This document shows positions 20,328-32,300 of a stretch of DNA of 64,000 nt, piece after piece. The first letter of the stretch is position 1. Every line of letters starts with the position of its first letter. This stretch comes from Candidatus Udaeobacter sp. (GTDB lineage: Bacteria > Patescibacteriota > Patescibacteriia > Magasanikbacterales > GWA2-37-8), in contig DATION010000007.1 of assembly GCA_035473115.1 (NCBI GenBank), positions 41,734 through 105,733 on the forward strand, given 5' to 3'. The position numbers and the translations under genes were made by a program. The notes beneath the pieces were generated by a model. The model did not search any database and was not told the DNA's origin. It was given only the letters and a program-made list of their open reading frames with translations.

Positions 20328-21720
20328 TTTATTACTATCATTGCTTTTATTCCTCCTGCCTTGGCAAACTAGATATATTTGGCAATCGGGAGAATTAAAC
20401 AAAGGCTACTGGGAGTACGGAACCTTTAGTATCTATGGAACCGAGATTTTGCTCTGGATTATTTTAATTATATTTTTTGTTAATCATTTTTTACGCAAAG
20501 ATTTTCTGGCTAATTTTAAAGAGAAAAGCAATATTTTGCGAAGCGTATTTATTCTGTTTTTACTTACTTTCGGTTTGGCGATGGTTTTTAGTAAAAATTT
20601 CTGGGTCTCTTATTACTTTGTTTTTAAATTTTTGGAAGCCATAGCTTTGTTATCTGTTTTGCTTTGGGAAGAAGAGAAGACAAAGTATAAAATCGCGCTT
20701 TGGCTGGGCGGAGTGGGGCAGGGTATTTTGGCCATTGTTCAATTTTTGACTCAGTATGTTTGGGGAAATAAATGGCTCGGAATGGCCCAGCAGAAAGGCG
20801 AAAACTTAGGAACGAGCGTCATTGAGTTTGCCGATCAAAGATGGCTGCGGGCTTATGGCAGCTTTGGATCGCCAAATTCGTTGGGAATTTATTTGGCAGT
20901 TTTGTTTGTGCTCGGTTTAGTTTTGTACTTAAAAATAGAATCAGCCAGAACAAGAATACTTATTAGTATTGGTCAGTTATTTATTTTATCCGGATTGGTT
21001 TTATCTTTTTCGCGCGGCGCTTGGCTAGCAGGCGGGCTTGGAGCATTATCTTTATTAGTAATTTTAATTAAAGATTGTCATTCCCCGCTTGGGCGGGGTA
21101 GGGGTGGGTTGGAAACGATTCATCAACAATTGAGTATTAGCCAACCCACCCCTGGCCTTGAGGCCTTCCCCGCCCAAGCGGGGAATTCCAAACAGCAGAC
21201 CACCACCTCGCTCGGGAGGACAAACATAAAAGATTTTGCCAAACAAATATTTTTTGCTTTGGCAGTAATTATTTTTTGGCTGGTAATTTTTTATCCGGTA
21301 TTTACAGCCAGGTTTAATCTTAGTAATCGTTTGGAAGCAAAATCAATTACGGAAAGAAAAAGCCAATATATTGAAGCATTATCTTTCATTCAATCAAAGC
21401 CTGCTTTAGGAGTCGGGCCCGGAGCCTATACTTACGCTTTATATAAAAAATATCCAACCTTAGAATCGTGGCAATTCCAGCCGGTGCATAATATTTATTT
21501 ATTAGCTTTGGCAGAAGTGGGTCTGGCTGGCACCATAGCTTTGTTTTTTATCTTTAAAAAATTATTCTTATTAGTGCTAAAAAATAATTATATTTATGTT
21601 CCGGTTCTAGTTGTTTTAGCCGCCGCCGGGATTTTTGATCACTGGTTGTGGAGTATGTATACCGGAGTTTTGTTATGGTGGGTAATTTTTGGTCTAATTA
21701 GCAAAGAAAAATTAAATTAA
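20305..21720 (+). CDS. O-antigen ligase/Wzy-like polytopic membrane protein with an in-frame insertion of a GC-rich palindromic element
   Basis: Many TM helices and the FSRGAWLAGG motif of the O-antigen ligase family. Residues ~CHSPLGRGRGGLETIHQQLSISQPTPGLEAFPAQAGNS are encoded by the palindromic element. Confidence 0.65.
   Translation: MNWKKISNLLLSLLLFLLPWQTRYIWQSGELNKGYWEYGTFSIYGTEILLWIILIIFFVNHFLRKDFLANFKEKSNILRSVFILFLLTFGLAMVFSKNFWVSYYFVFKFLEAIALLSVLLWEEEKTKYKIALWLGGVGQGILAIVQFLTQYVWGNKWLGMAQQKGENLGTSVIEFADQRWLRAYGSFGSPNSLGIYLAVLFVLGLVLYLKIESARTRILISIGQLFILSGLVLSFSRGAWLAGGLGALSLLVILIKDCHSPLGRGRGGLETIHQQLSISQPTPGLEAFPAQAGNSKQQTTTSLGRTNIKDFAKQIFFALAVIIFWLVIFYPVFTARFNLSNRLEAKSITERKSQYIEALSFIQSKPALGVGPGAYTYALYKKYPTLESWQFQPVHNIYLLALAEVGLAGTIALFFIFKKLFLLVLKNNYIYVPVLVVLAAAGIFDHWLWSMYTGVLLWWVIFGLISKEKLN
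21075..21195. repeat. GC-rich palindromic element (RPE-like) inserted in-frame in a CDS
   Basis: Inverted repeats ccccgcttgggcgggg...ccccgcccaagcgggg and taggggtgggttgg/ccaacccacccc, with termini tgtcattcc...ggaattcc; local GC far above the surroundings. Confidence 0.6.
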
Positions 21721-21732
21721 TATTTACATAAT

Positions 21733-22029
21733 ATGCCAGATAGAGAAACATCAAAAGAAATAATTTTTGCAGAAGAGTTAAAGCATCTCATTGCCGATAA
21801 GCCGCGTATTTATAAAATGACAAAAGAAGGTGAGGATGATTTTTATTTTGATAATACGGATCTGCTTAATCATAAAGATAATTTTTTTGATATGAGAAGT
21901 GGCGGCTGGGAAGTCAGCAAGGATGTATTTGAAGAGCTTCCTAATTACTTGCCAGCTCGTCGGCAATCTATAGCTGACGCTGGTTTTGATTCATTTGATT
22001 GGGGTTATAAGAAGGCTGAAAACCCTTGA
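21733..22029 (+). CDS. Hypothetical protein
   Basis: 98-aa ORF; no motif recognised. Confidence 0.4.
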   Translation: MPDRETSKEIIFAEELKHLIADKPRIYKMTKEGEDDFYFDNTDLLNHKDNFFDMRSGGWEVSKDVFEELPNYLPARRQSIADAGFDSFDWGYKKAENP

Positions 22030-22065
22030 CAGTTTTGCTGGGTTTATAGTAAAGTGGGGTAGTAA

Positions 22066-22092
22066 TTATCACTCTATTATTTTGAGTGATAA
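22066..22092 (+). promoter_or_regulatory. CIRCE-like HrcA operator upstream of groES
   Basis: TTATCACTC-N9-GAGTGATAA is a perfect 9-bp inverted repeat with a 9-bp spacer, one substitution per arm from the CIRCE consensus TTAGCACTC-N9-GAGTGCTAA; a TTGACA -35 lies at 22026. Confidence 0.7.
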
Positions 22093-22123
22093 CACTTAAT
22101 TAATTTAATTTTTTATTTATAGT

Positions 22124-24084
<1,961 letters not shown>

Positions 24085-24117
24085 AAAGAAAGTTATAAAT
24101 TTATTTAGAATTTTTTA

Positions 24118-24150
24118 GGGCGCCTCTCGCGAATGCGGGGCGCCCTTTTG
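24118..24150 (+). terminator. Rho-independent terminator after groEL
   Basis: gggcgcc...ggcgccc stem followed by ttttg. Confidence 0.6.
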
Positions 24151-24194
24151 GTTGGATCTCCTTGGAAATATAGTGCCGTCGTCAGCCACTTGGT

Positions 24195-24341
24195 TTAGAG
24201 TGGCTTTCCTTCGATAACGAAGGCGCGGATGACCTCTCTGAGGTCCAGCATTTTTTCCCTGAGATCGTCAATCAGATTGATCACGGCGATGAGTAGCTTG
24301 CCGACGATGTCGTCGATCTTTTTTCCTAGATCCAGGTCCAT
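24195..24341 (-). CDS. Small 48-aa ORF in a GC-rich patch (hypothetical)
   Basis: ATG preceded by GGAGGA inside the perfect palindrome cctcctagaggaggag; peptide MDLDLGKKIDDIVGKLLIAVINLIDDLREKMLDLREVIRAFVIEGKPL; not in the track (<60 aa). Confidence 0.3.
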   Translation of the reverse strand: MDLDLGKKIDDIVGKLLIAVINLIDDLREKMLDLREVIRAFVIEGKPL

Positions 24342-24480
24342 ATATCCTCCTAGAGGAGGAGATTACTATAATAATTAAATTTTGTCAAAGGTTATTAAGG
24401 TAAGAAGTCTTTTGTTTGTCAAACAGATAATTATGGTGTAAAATTGTATTAAATAATCAACGTTCAATCATACTTACAAT

Positions 24481-24972
24481 ATGGCCGATATAATTCTTAA
24501 TTTTTTCTCTTCATTTCCGCCGGCGCTGGCAACTCTTTTTATTTCCATGCTGCCAATTGTGGAAAGATTTGCTGTGCCGGTAGCTATCGTCGGCTATCAT
24601 TTACCGGTTTGGGAAGTTTTGCTTTTGGTAATTTCCGGCAATATGGTGCCAATTATTATAATTCTTACTTTTGCCGGCAAATTTCATGATTGGGTCTCCA
24701 AAAACTCTCATCATTTTTTTGCCAAAGCCTGGATAAAAACTTTGGCTCATGCCCAGAAAAAATTTGCCCGCTATGAAAAATATGAACTTATTGGCCTAAT
24801 GATTTTTATGAGTATTCCTTTGCCGATTAATGGCGGTTTTACCGGCGCTTTGATTGCGTTTATTTTAGGTTTGCGTTTGGGCAAGGCTTGGCCATATCTG
24901 TTTGGCGGAGTGGTTATCGCCGCCTGTATTACAGTCGGTATTATTGCCGGTTTAGATAAAATCTTCTTCTAA
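24481..24972 (+). CDS. Small polytopic membrane protein (COG2426-like putative small multidrug export protein)
   Basis: 163 aa with 4 predicted TM helices. Confidence 0.4.
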   Translation: MADIILNFFSSFPPALATLFISMLPIVERFAVPVAIVGYHLPVWEVLLLVISGNMVPIIIILTFAGKFHDWVSKNSHHFFAKAWIKTLAHAQKKFARYEKYELIGLMIFMSIPLPINGGFTGALIAFILGLRLGKAWPYLFGGVVIAACITVGIIAGLDKIFF

Positions 24973-24981
24973 TAAAAAAGT

Positions 24982-26058
24982 ATGTCTCTGGAAGATTTAA
25001 AACAGTTGCAATCCAAAATAGCCAATACAAAAAAACTTCTCAACATCGAAGATCTGCAAAAAAAGATGGCGCAACTGGCCACAGAAATGAATGCGACTGA
25101 TTTTTGGAACACGCCAGAAAACGCTCAAGCTATTTCTCAAGATTATCAAGATATAAAAAAAGAAATAGAAAAATTTGCTGATTTGGAAAAAAGAACCAAT
25201 GATATTTTGGAATTAGCCGAAGCTAAAGATGAGTCGTTATTGTCAGAAATAGAACAGCAGGCAAAAAAATTAGAAAAAGAATATTCCGAATATGAACTCT
25301 ATGTTTTGCTAAACGGAACTTACGACAAAAATAACGCTATTATCGCTATTCATGCCGGCAGCGGCGGTACCGAAGCGCAAGATTGGGCAGAAATGTTACT
25401 AAGGATGGTAATGCGTTTTTGCGATAAGATGGGTTGGAAAATAAAAGTAGTAGATGAGTCGCGCGGCGCTGAGGCTGGATATAAATCAATTATGTTTGAA
25501 GTTTCCGGTCGGTTTGCTTATGGTTATCTAAAATCAGAACATGGCGTGCATCGCTTGGTGCGTATCTCTCCATTTGATGCCGAAAAAATGCGCCATACTT
25601 CTTTTGCTTTAATTGAAGTTTTACCGGAAATAAATGATGAGCTAAAAATTGAAATTGACCCCAAAGATCTGCGGATTGATACTTTTATGTCTGGCGGCCA
25701 TGGCGGGCAAAGTGTCAACACCACTTATTCAGCCGTGCGGATTGTGCATATTCCAACCAATATTACAGTTCAATGTCAAAACGAAAGATCGCAGCAGCAA
25801 AACAAAGAAATGGCCATGAAAGTTTTAAAAGCCAAGTTGTTGCGCTTGCAAGAAGAACAGCAAGCCAAAGAGCGCCAGGAATTGCGCGGTGAATATAAAT
25901 CAGCTGAGTGGGGGAATCAAATTCGTTCTTATGTTTTGCATCCCTATCATTTGGTAAAAGATCATCGCACCGAGTATGAATCCACCGATCCGGAATCCGT
26001 ACTGGAAGGAGAATTATTGCCGCTTTGCGAAGCTTATTTGCGGTGGATTAAAAAATAA
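24982..26058 (+). CDS. prfB: Peptide chain release factor 2, encoded without a programmed frameshift
   Basis: GGQ motif and SPF tripeptide (RISPFDAEK), which distinguishes RF2 from RF1; single uninterrupted ORF. Confidence 0.85.
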   Translation: MSLEDLKQLQSKIANTKKLLNIEDLQKKMAQLATEMNATDFWNTPENAQAISQDYQDIKKEIEKFADLEKRTNDILELAEAKDESLLSEIEQQAKKLEKEYSEYELYVLLNGTYDKNNAIIAIHAGSGGTEAQDWAEMLLRMVMRFCDKMGWKIKVVDESRGAEAGYKSIMFEVSGRFAYGYLKSEHGVHRLVRISPFDAEKMRHTSFALIEVLPEINDELKIEIDPKDLRIDTFMSGGHGGQSVNTTYSAVRIVHIPTNITVQCQNERSQQQNKEMAMKVLKAKLLRLQEEQQAKERQELRGEYKSAEWGNQIRSYVLHPYHLVKDHRTEYESTDPESVLEGELLPLCEAYLRWIKK

Positions 26059-26062
26059 ATTT

Positions 26063-26662
26063 GTGAAAATTATTTCTCCAGACAATTTATCCGAAGCGGT
26101 CGAAGCACTGCAAAGTGGCCAAACTATTGTTTTTCCGACCGAAACTTCTTATGGGCTGGGTTGTGATGCCGCCAATCAAGAAGCCGTGGATAAAATTTTT
26201 AAAATAAAACAGAGAAAAAGCGATAAGCCGCTTTTGGTAGTGGTGCCAAATGTAACTATGGCAAAGAAATATTTAGTTTGGAATGATTTATTAGAAAATT
26301 TAGCAAGTAAATTTTGGCCAGGAGCTTTAACAATAGTAGGTGAGTACAATAAAAAAGAAGACTTAGCCAGCGGCGTGGTGGCTGCGGACAACACTATTGC
26401 TGTGCGAGTTACTGATTTTTTATTAACAAAATTTTTGTCAGAAAAATTAGGCCGTCCACTTGTAGCCACTTCAGCTAACTTGGCAGATGCGGGCAATATT
26501 TATGATGCAAAACAAACTTTGGCTGTCTTCTCGGATAAAATAGAAAAACCTGATATAATACTAGACACAGGAGAACTGCCGATTAATCCGCCGACAACCA
26601 TTGTTAGTGTGGTTGATAATAATTTACAAATTTTGCGGCAAGGACAGATCAAGATAAACTAA
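26063..26662 (+). CDS. tsaC: L-threonylcarbamoyladenylate synthase TsaC/YrdC
   Basis: VFPTETSYGLGCDA signature. A GTG start at 26063 is preferred over the track ATG at 25976, which would overlap prfB by 83 nt. Confidence 0.75.
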   Translation: MKIISPDNLSEAVEALQSGQTIVFPTETSYGLGCDAANQEAVDKIFKIKQRKSDKPLLVVVPNVTMAKKYLVWNDLLENLASKFWPGALTIVGEYNKKEDLASGVVAADNTIAVRVTDFLLTKFLSEKLGRPLVATSANLADAGNIYDAKQTLAVFSDKIEKPDIILDTGELPINPPTTIVSVVDNNLQILRQGQIKIN

Positions 26663-26664
26663 AT

Positions 26665-27834
26665 ATGGAGGCGCAGGCTGAGAGTTTTATTAAACATCAA
26701 CATAAATTATTTCTAATTTTAGCAATTAGCGCTTTTATTTTTGCTTCTACTGCAGTTTGGTTATTCTGGACAGGAACGGTTGAAACTATAGAAACTGCCA
26801 CTAATACGCCGAGTGGGTTAATTTCCGGCCAGTCTCAGTCTTTGTTAACTGACAGGGTAAAACCAAATCCGGCAGAAATTAAGGGTCTGTACTTAACTGC
26901 TTTTTCTGCCGGCAGTCCAAAAAAAGTTGCTGAAATTATCGATTTAATAAATAAAACCGAATTAAACGCGGTGGTGATAGATATAAAAGATTATAGTGGA
27001 AAAGTTTTGTATGATAGCCAAAATAAATTGGTAAATGATTTAAAAACAGATGAAAACAGATTGGGAAATGTGCCGGATTTGATTAAAAAATTTCATGATA
27101 AAAATATTTATGTCATTGCTCGCCAGACTGTATTCCAGGATCCGATTTTAGCTGCTAAAAAACCAGAGTGGGCCATCAAAAATAAATCGGGTAATTTATG
27201 GCGAGATAATAAAGGCCTGTCTTGGGTTGATCCGAGCAAAAAAGAAGTATGGGCCTACAATGTTGCTATAGCCAAAGAAGCGATTGGTCTAGGTTTTGAT
27301 GAAATTAATTTTGATTATGTTCGTTTTCCTTCCGACGGCAATATGTCGCAAGCTGTTTATGCTACTGGCAATGAAAAAAAGTATAAAGTAATGGGTGAGT
27401 TTTATCATTTTTTAAATACCAAATTAAAAGACGAACCGGCTTTAATATCTTTGGATATGTTTGGTTTTGTAATGGAAAAAACCGGCGAGGATGACATGAA
27501 TATCGGCCAGAGAATAACTGATGCCGTAGATCAGGTTGATTATATTTCTCCTATGATGTATCCCTCACACTATCCGAGCGGTCATTTGGGACTGGCTAAT
27601 CCAGCGCAGTACCCGGGATTGGTGTTTGAACACGGATTAAAATTGGGTGTGCCAAAGTTTGTGGATAAACGCGCTCAAGTTCGGCCGTGGATACAAGCAT
27701 TTAATCTGGGGGCTGTATATGACAGCGGGAAAATAAGAACTCAGATAGATGAAGTAGAAAAGTACACCGAGGCTGGTTGGCTGATGTGGAATGCGTCTAA
27801 TAGATATAGCGAGAGTGGATTAAAGAAAGAGTAG
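26665..27834 (+). CDS. Putative glycoside-hydrolase-like TIM-barrel protein (DUF4015/GHL family) with N-terminal membrane anchor
   Basis: GFDEINFDYVRFP motif characteristic of the GHL/DUF4015 family; N-terminal TM. Confidence 0.55.
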   Translation: MEAQAESFIKHQHKLFLILAISAFIFASTAVWLFWTGTVETIETATNTPSGLISGQSQSLLTDRVKPNPAEIKGLYLTAFSAGSPKKVAEIIDLINKTELNAVVIDIKDYSGKVLYDSQNKLVNDLKTDENRLGNVPDLIKKFHDKNIYVIARQTVFQDPILAAKKPEWAIKNKSGNLWRDNKGLSWVDPSKKEVWAYNVAIAKEAIGLGFDEINFDYVRFPSDGNMSQAVYATGNEKKYKVMGEFYHFLNTKLKDEPALISLDMFGFVMEKTGEDDMNIGQRITDAVDQVDYISPMMYPSHYPSGHLGLANPAQYPGLVFEHGLKLGVPKFVDKRAQVRPWIQAFNLGAVYDSGKIRTQIDEVEKYTEAGWLMWNASNRYSESGLKKE

Positions 27835-27836
27835 TT

Positions 27837-28664
27837 ATGTCTTCTTTATATAACACTGATTATTTACAGCATCTTTGTAAAAAATATGGCCTTATTCCTT
27901 CCAAAAAATATGGCCAAAATTTTTTAATAAACGAAGAGGTGATAGATGGAATGATTGTGGCAGGGGATTTAAAAAAAGATGATTTGGTAGTTGAGGTCGG
28001 TCCGGGTTTTGGTGTGCTCACTTTGGCTTTGGCGGAAAAAGTAAAAAAAGTTATTACTTTTGAAATTGAAAAAAGATTGGAAAGTTATTGGTCGGAGGAG
28101 ACAGAAAGAATAAAAAATATAGAAGTGGTTTGGGGTAATGTTTTAAAGCAGGATATAAACTTTGATAAGTACAAAGTTGTCGCCAACTTGCCGTATCAAA
28201 TTACGGCCAATGTAATCCGTAAATTTTTGGAAGCAGCCAATAAACCGGAATCAATGGTTTTGATGGTACAAAAAGAAGTGGCCGAAAGAATTTGCGCTGT
28301 GCCGGGCGATATGTCAATTTTGGCTGTTTCGGTTCAGTACTACGCGGAGCCAGAAATAGTTATACAAGTTCCGCGGTCATATTTTTGGCCGGTGCCGGGA
28401 GTTGATTCAGCGGTAATAAAATTAACAATTAAAAAAAACACTGAGTCAGACAAAGAATTTGATGATAGATTTTTCAAGTTAGTTAAAGCCGGCTTTGCCA
28501 ATCGTCGCAAAATGCTCCTTAAGAATTTGGGGTCTGTTATTGATAAGAAAAAACTGCCGGCAATTTTTCAGGAATTGGGCATAAACGATAAAGTTCGAGC
28601 TCAAGAGCTATCGGTAGAGCAGTGGCGAGGTTTGGCCGTTAGGGTGGGTCACTTATCCCCATGA
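27837..28664 (+). CDS. rsmA: 16S rRNA (adenine1518/1519-N6)-dimethyltransferase RsmA/KsgA
   Basis: YGQNFLINEEV and VVEVGPGFGVLT motifs; ends with a TGA stop. Confidence 0.9.
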   Translation: MSSLYNTDYLQHLCKKYGLIPSKKYGQNFLINEEVIDGMIVAGDLKKDDLVVEVGPGFGVLTLALAEKVKKVITFEIEKRLESYWSEETERIKNIEVVWGNVLKQDINFDKYKVVANLPYQITANVIRKFLEAANKPESMVLMVQKEVAERICAVPGDMSILAVSVQYYAEPEIVIQVPRSYFWPVPGVDSAVIKLTIKKNTESDKEFDDRFFKLVKAGFANRRKMLLKNLGSVIDKKKLPAIFQELGINDKVRAQELSVEQWRGLAVRVGHLSP

Positions 28665-28712
28665 ATTTTATTTGGATTTATGGTACACTAAAGGCAATAA
28701 AGTGAAGTAAAT

Positions 28713-29312
28713 ATGTCAGCAGATCAGGGAAGGTCTGGTTTATCAAAAGAGCAAAAGATAGGCGTAATTTTACTATCTATTTTTTCCGTATTTGCGATTG
28801 GTTTAGGTATTTTGCAAATTAGAAATACCATGTATGCTCCGTTTGCTTTAAATAATAACGTTCCGCCACTAGCTAAAGACGATATAAGTAGCAATGAAAC
28901 TTTAATGTATCGTGATACTGATAAAGACGGTTTAAATGATTTTGATGAACTTTATGTTTACTCTACCAGTCCATATTTGGCAGATACTGATTCCGATGGA
29001 ATTAGCGATAAAGCTGAAGTAGATAGCGGGACTAATCCTCTCTGTCCGGAAGGACAAAGCTGTGCTGAAGTGGGAGCCAACGCCGACGCTGTGCCGGGTA
29101 ATGCTTCTATGACTGCCAGCAGTTCGGTGTTAGGAATTGGTTCTGCGCCGCAGGATCTAGATAAAACTTTAAACGATCCGGCTCAAGTTCGAAAAATTTT
29201 AGCTACTTCCGGATTAGATCCTAAAGTTTTAGAACAGACAACAGATGCAGATTTAATGAAAATGGTAAAAGAAATTTTAAGTTCTGCCAGTTCTACATCT
29301 AAACCTCAATAG
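28713..29312 (+). CDS. Membrane-anchored calcium-binding protein with thrombospondin-type-3-like Asp-rich repeats
   Basis: N-terminal TM helix; repeats DTDKDGLNDFDE and DTDSDGISDKAEVD; stop lies 2 nt before the start of the giant gene. Confidence 0.55.
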   Translation: MSADQGRSGLSKEQKIGVILLSIFSVFAIGLGILQIRNTMYAPFALNNNVPPLAKDDISSNETLMYRDTDKDGLNDFDELYVYSTSPYLADTDSDGISDKAEVDSGTNPLCPEGQSCAEVGANADAVPGNASMTASSSVLGIGSAPQDLDKTLNDPAQVRKILATSGLDPKVLEQTTDADLMKMVKEILSSASSTSKPQ

Positions 29313-29314
29313 TT

Positions 29315-32300
29315 ATGCAAAAATTTAATAAATTTGCCCTTAAAATTTTATTGCTCATATTTACTTTTGTAACTATAGCCGGTTCTTTGTCTTTTGTTCA
29401 GCCAGCCCAAGCAATTCCAGTAGAAGTAGTTGCCGACGCGCCTAGTACTATGGATAAAGTACTAGATCAGATCGCGTTATTTTTAAAAACCGCTACGGTA
29501 AATATAGCTGTGCAGTCCTTCGCTTATTTTATGCGCCGGGTATCTTATGATTCAGCGGTTTGGTTAGCTTCCGGCGGCAAAGGTGAAACTCCATTTGCCC
29601 ATACCAAAACTTTTGGCAATTATATTTCCGATGTAGCTGACAATGCTGCCGGAGTAGCTATAGAACAATTAGGTAAACCTTATGGTTTAAATTTATGTAA
29701 AATTCCTGACCCAAAAATTGATTTAGCTATGCGTATTGGGTTGAACTATCAGTTTTTAAGTCAAACAGTAGTTAAGCCGACTTGTACCTGGCAAAGCTTT
29801 CAAAAAGATGTTTTAAATGCCGATAATTGGAAGAGCCAGTTTGGCAGCGTTGATGACGTCGCCAAAAAATTTAATGTTGCTTTTTCTGTAGACCAAAGCG
29901 ATATTGGTATTTTGTTAAGTGCCACAGAAAAAATTGATAATATAGTAGCCCAACAGACAACTGCCGAAACACTGCAAAGACAGGAAGGTCAAGGTGTCAA
30001 AGATAAGAAGACTTTGATTTCTGATAATATTTCTACAAACGGTAACTTGATCGCTCATGATATACAATCCTTAACCCCTTCTGAGCAGCAAAAAAAAGCT
30101 GAACAAGGTTTTTGGTCCACAGTTGGTACAGGACTAACGGGGGCAATCAGTGGAGCTGGTTCGTTGTTTTTAAATACTCTGCTTAATAAAATGGTGGAGA
30201 ATTACAGAAATAAAGGAATGTTTCCTTTTGGGGCTTGTATTGGCGACAGCGGAGATCCTAGCTGCAAAGGAGTACAAAATAATCTTCTTAATGCCGAAGG
30301 CCAAATAAGCCAAGGTGGGCGCCAGGGCGCGCAAGCGTTATTCGCCGATTTTCTTACTCCGCCTAATGTTCAAATTGATCGCTATGATATTTTGGGTAGT
30401 TTTTCCAGTTGTCCGCCAACCTCTCCTGGTCCGGAAAATTGTGTGGTTGATAGCGGTTTGGCTCAAGCGGCTCAGGAAACTAGTGTTGGCAAGCCAATTA
30501 CTATCGCTGACGCGTTGGCCAAAAATTGGCTCCATGGCGAATGGAAGTTACTTTCTCCGGAACGCAGCGCTGATCAAACAGATGTAAATTGTTACCAGCG
30601 AGCTTATTGTTATGCCAATATTGCCAAGCTGCGTAAATCTAGAATTTTGCCTTTAGGTTTTGAAATTGCCGCTTTAAACAGCAATCCGGATACTCCTTGG
30701 ACTTTAAAACAAGTTGTTGACGGCTTTAATGATTGTAATTTCATCAAAGATGCTAATGGTAATGTGGTAGGCGTAGATAATGATCCAATTAATAAACCAT
30801 TTTGCCATCTGATTGATCCAAACTGGGTAGTAAAAGCTCCGGCTTTGAAATGTAACTTTTTAGCGTTTGGCGCCACGCCATTTTTTAGAGGCACACCCAA
30901 TCGCGCTCAAGAATGCGCTGATCTCAGTACCTGTGTAGCTTATGATAAAAATGGCAATTGTTCTAACCAAGGTTATTGTACTCGCGAACGCAATGTTTGG
31001 AAGATAGATGCTGCTAAATGCGATTCTCAATTTCGTACCTGTCAATCTTTCCAAGACAGCACCGGTAAAGATGTCAGTTATCTTTATCGTACGCTTGATA
31101 CTGCTTATTGTAATCAAGACAATGTCGGTTGCGCGGAGTATAGTCTGAAACAAGATAACAATGGCAGCTGGACTAATTATGCAAAAAATGATTTAAATAG
31201 CGCTGGTGAAAATTCAGCTATATATTTGAATAATAAAATTTCCACCAATTGTTCTGCTAACTCTGATGGCTGCGCGTCTTTTCAGGTAGCCAGCACTTCG
31301 GATAAACTTTATTTACGTCAGGCTCCATATTATTTACAGTGTTATGACACAAACCCAAGTACGCTGGCAATAGACTGGCCTCAAACAAACTCTGATCTGG
31401 CCAAATTACCGACCAAATCAGCTTGCAATAATTTTTCTCAAGCCTGTATTCCGGATGAAGTAAATTGTAATAGTTACAACCCAGTCAGTTATGTGGGAAC
31501 TGCGATTCCTGGCAAGTTTACGCCAGCTACAGTTGTAGAGAATCAGATAGTTTGGAATGATCAATGTGATAAAAGATGTGTTGGTTATTCAGCTTATCGA
31601 GAAATACCAAGTAATTATTCTGATGGTCAGGCAGTCAGTTATATTATTCCTTCTTCCGGTTCAAAATGCAGCGCCATTGATGAAGGCTGTACAAGCTTTA
31701 CCAATCTTAGTGCCACAGTTGGCGGTTTAGAAAAAGTAGAACACTTTTCTTATTTGCGACCTTGTATTTTGCCAGATACGACCAAGCAGAAAAACTTTTA
31801 TACTTACGAAGGTTCGGCTGTCGGCGGATATCAGTTAAAAGGTTTTGTCTTAGAAAAAAATTCTGACGGCAGCCCTAAATATTTTTATCGAACTAACGAA
31901 GATTTAGTTGGCTATGATTCAGTTTGCAGTGAGTCTTTGTATAAGCAAGGTTTGGCTAGTCCGGATTGCCGCCAATTTAATGACGATAAAGGTGCGGTAT
32001 ATTATAAATTATTATCAAAAACTATTGCTGTTTCTCAGTCTTGTACGCCGTATCGCTTAAATGACACTGAACTTCGTCCGGTAAATTTATCACAGGCTGA
32101 TTGTCTGACACAAAAAGGAAACTGGGATAGTGCCGCTGGCAAATGCAGCGTCTGTTTCCAAAACGGCGAATATCGCGACGGACAATGTTTTTATTCCGGT
32201 CTGCCTGGTGATGTGCAAAATACCGCCGGCATCAGTAAAACTTGCGCTGCGGAAGTAAACAGCTGTCGAGCCTACAAAGGCAATGCGGGCAATAATGTCA

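Noticed and set aside
25976-26062. ATG at 25976 as the tsaC start (track ORF)
   Set aside because: It would overlap prfB by 83 nt and adds a non-conserved extension. The GTG at 26063 immediately after the prfB stop fits YrdC family N-termini better.
30315-30900. Small ORFs on both strands nested inside the giant gene (e.g. 30315..30587+, 30338..30535-, 30610..30900-)
   Set aside because: They are shadow ORFs inside a long, uninterrupted, compositionally coherent CDS and have no start context. The same applies to the many antisense ORFs inside groEL, leuS, infB, pepN, sufB and sufS.
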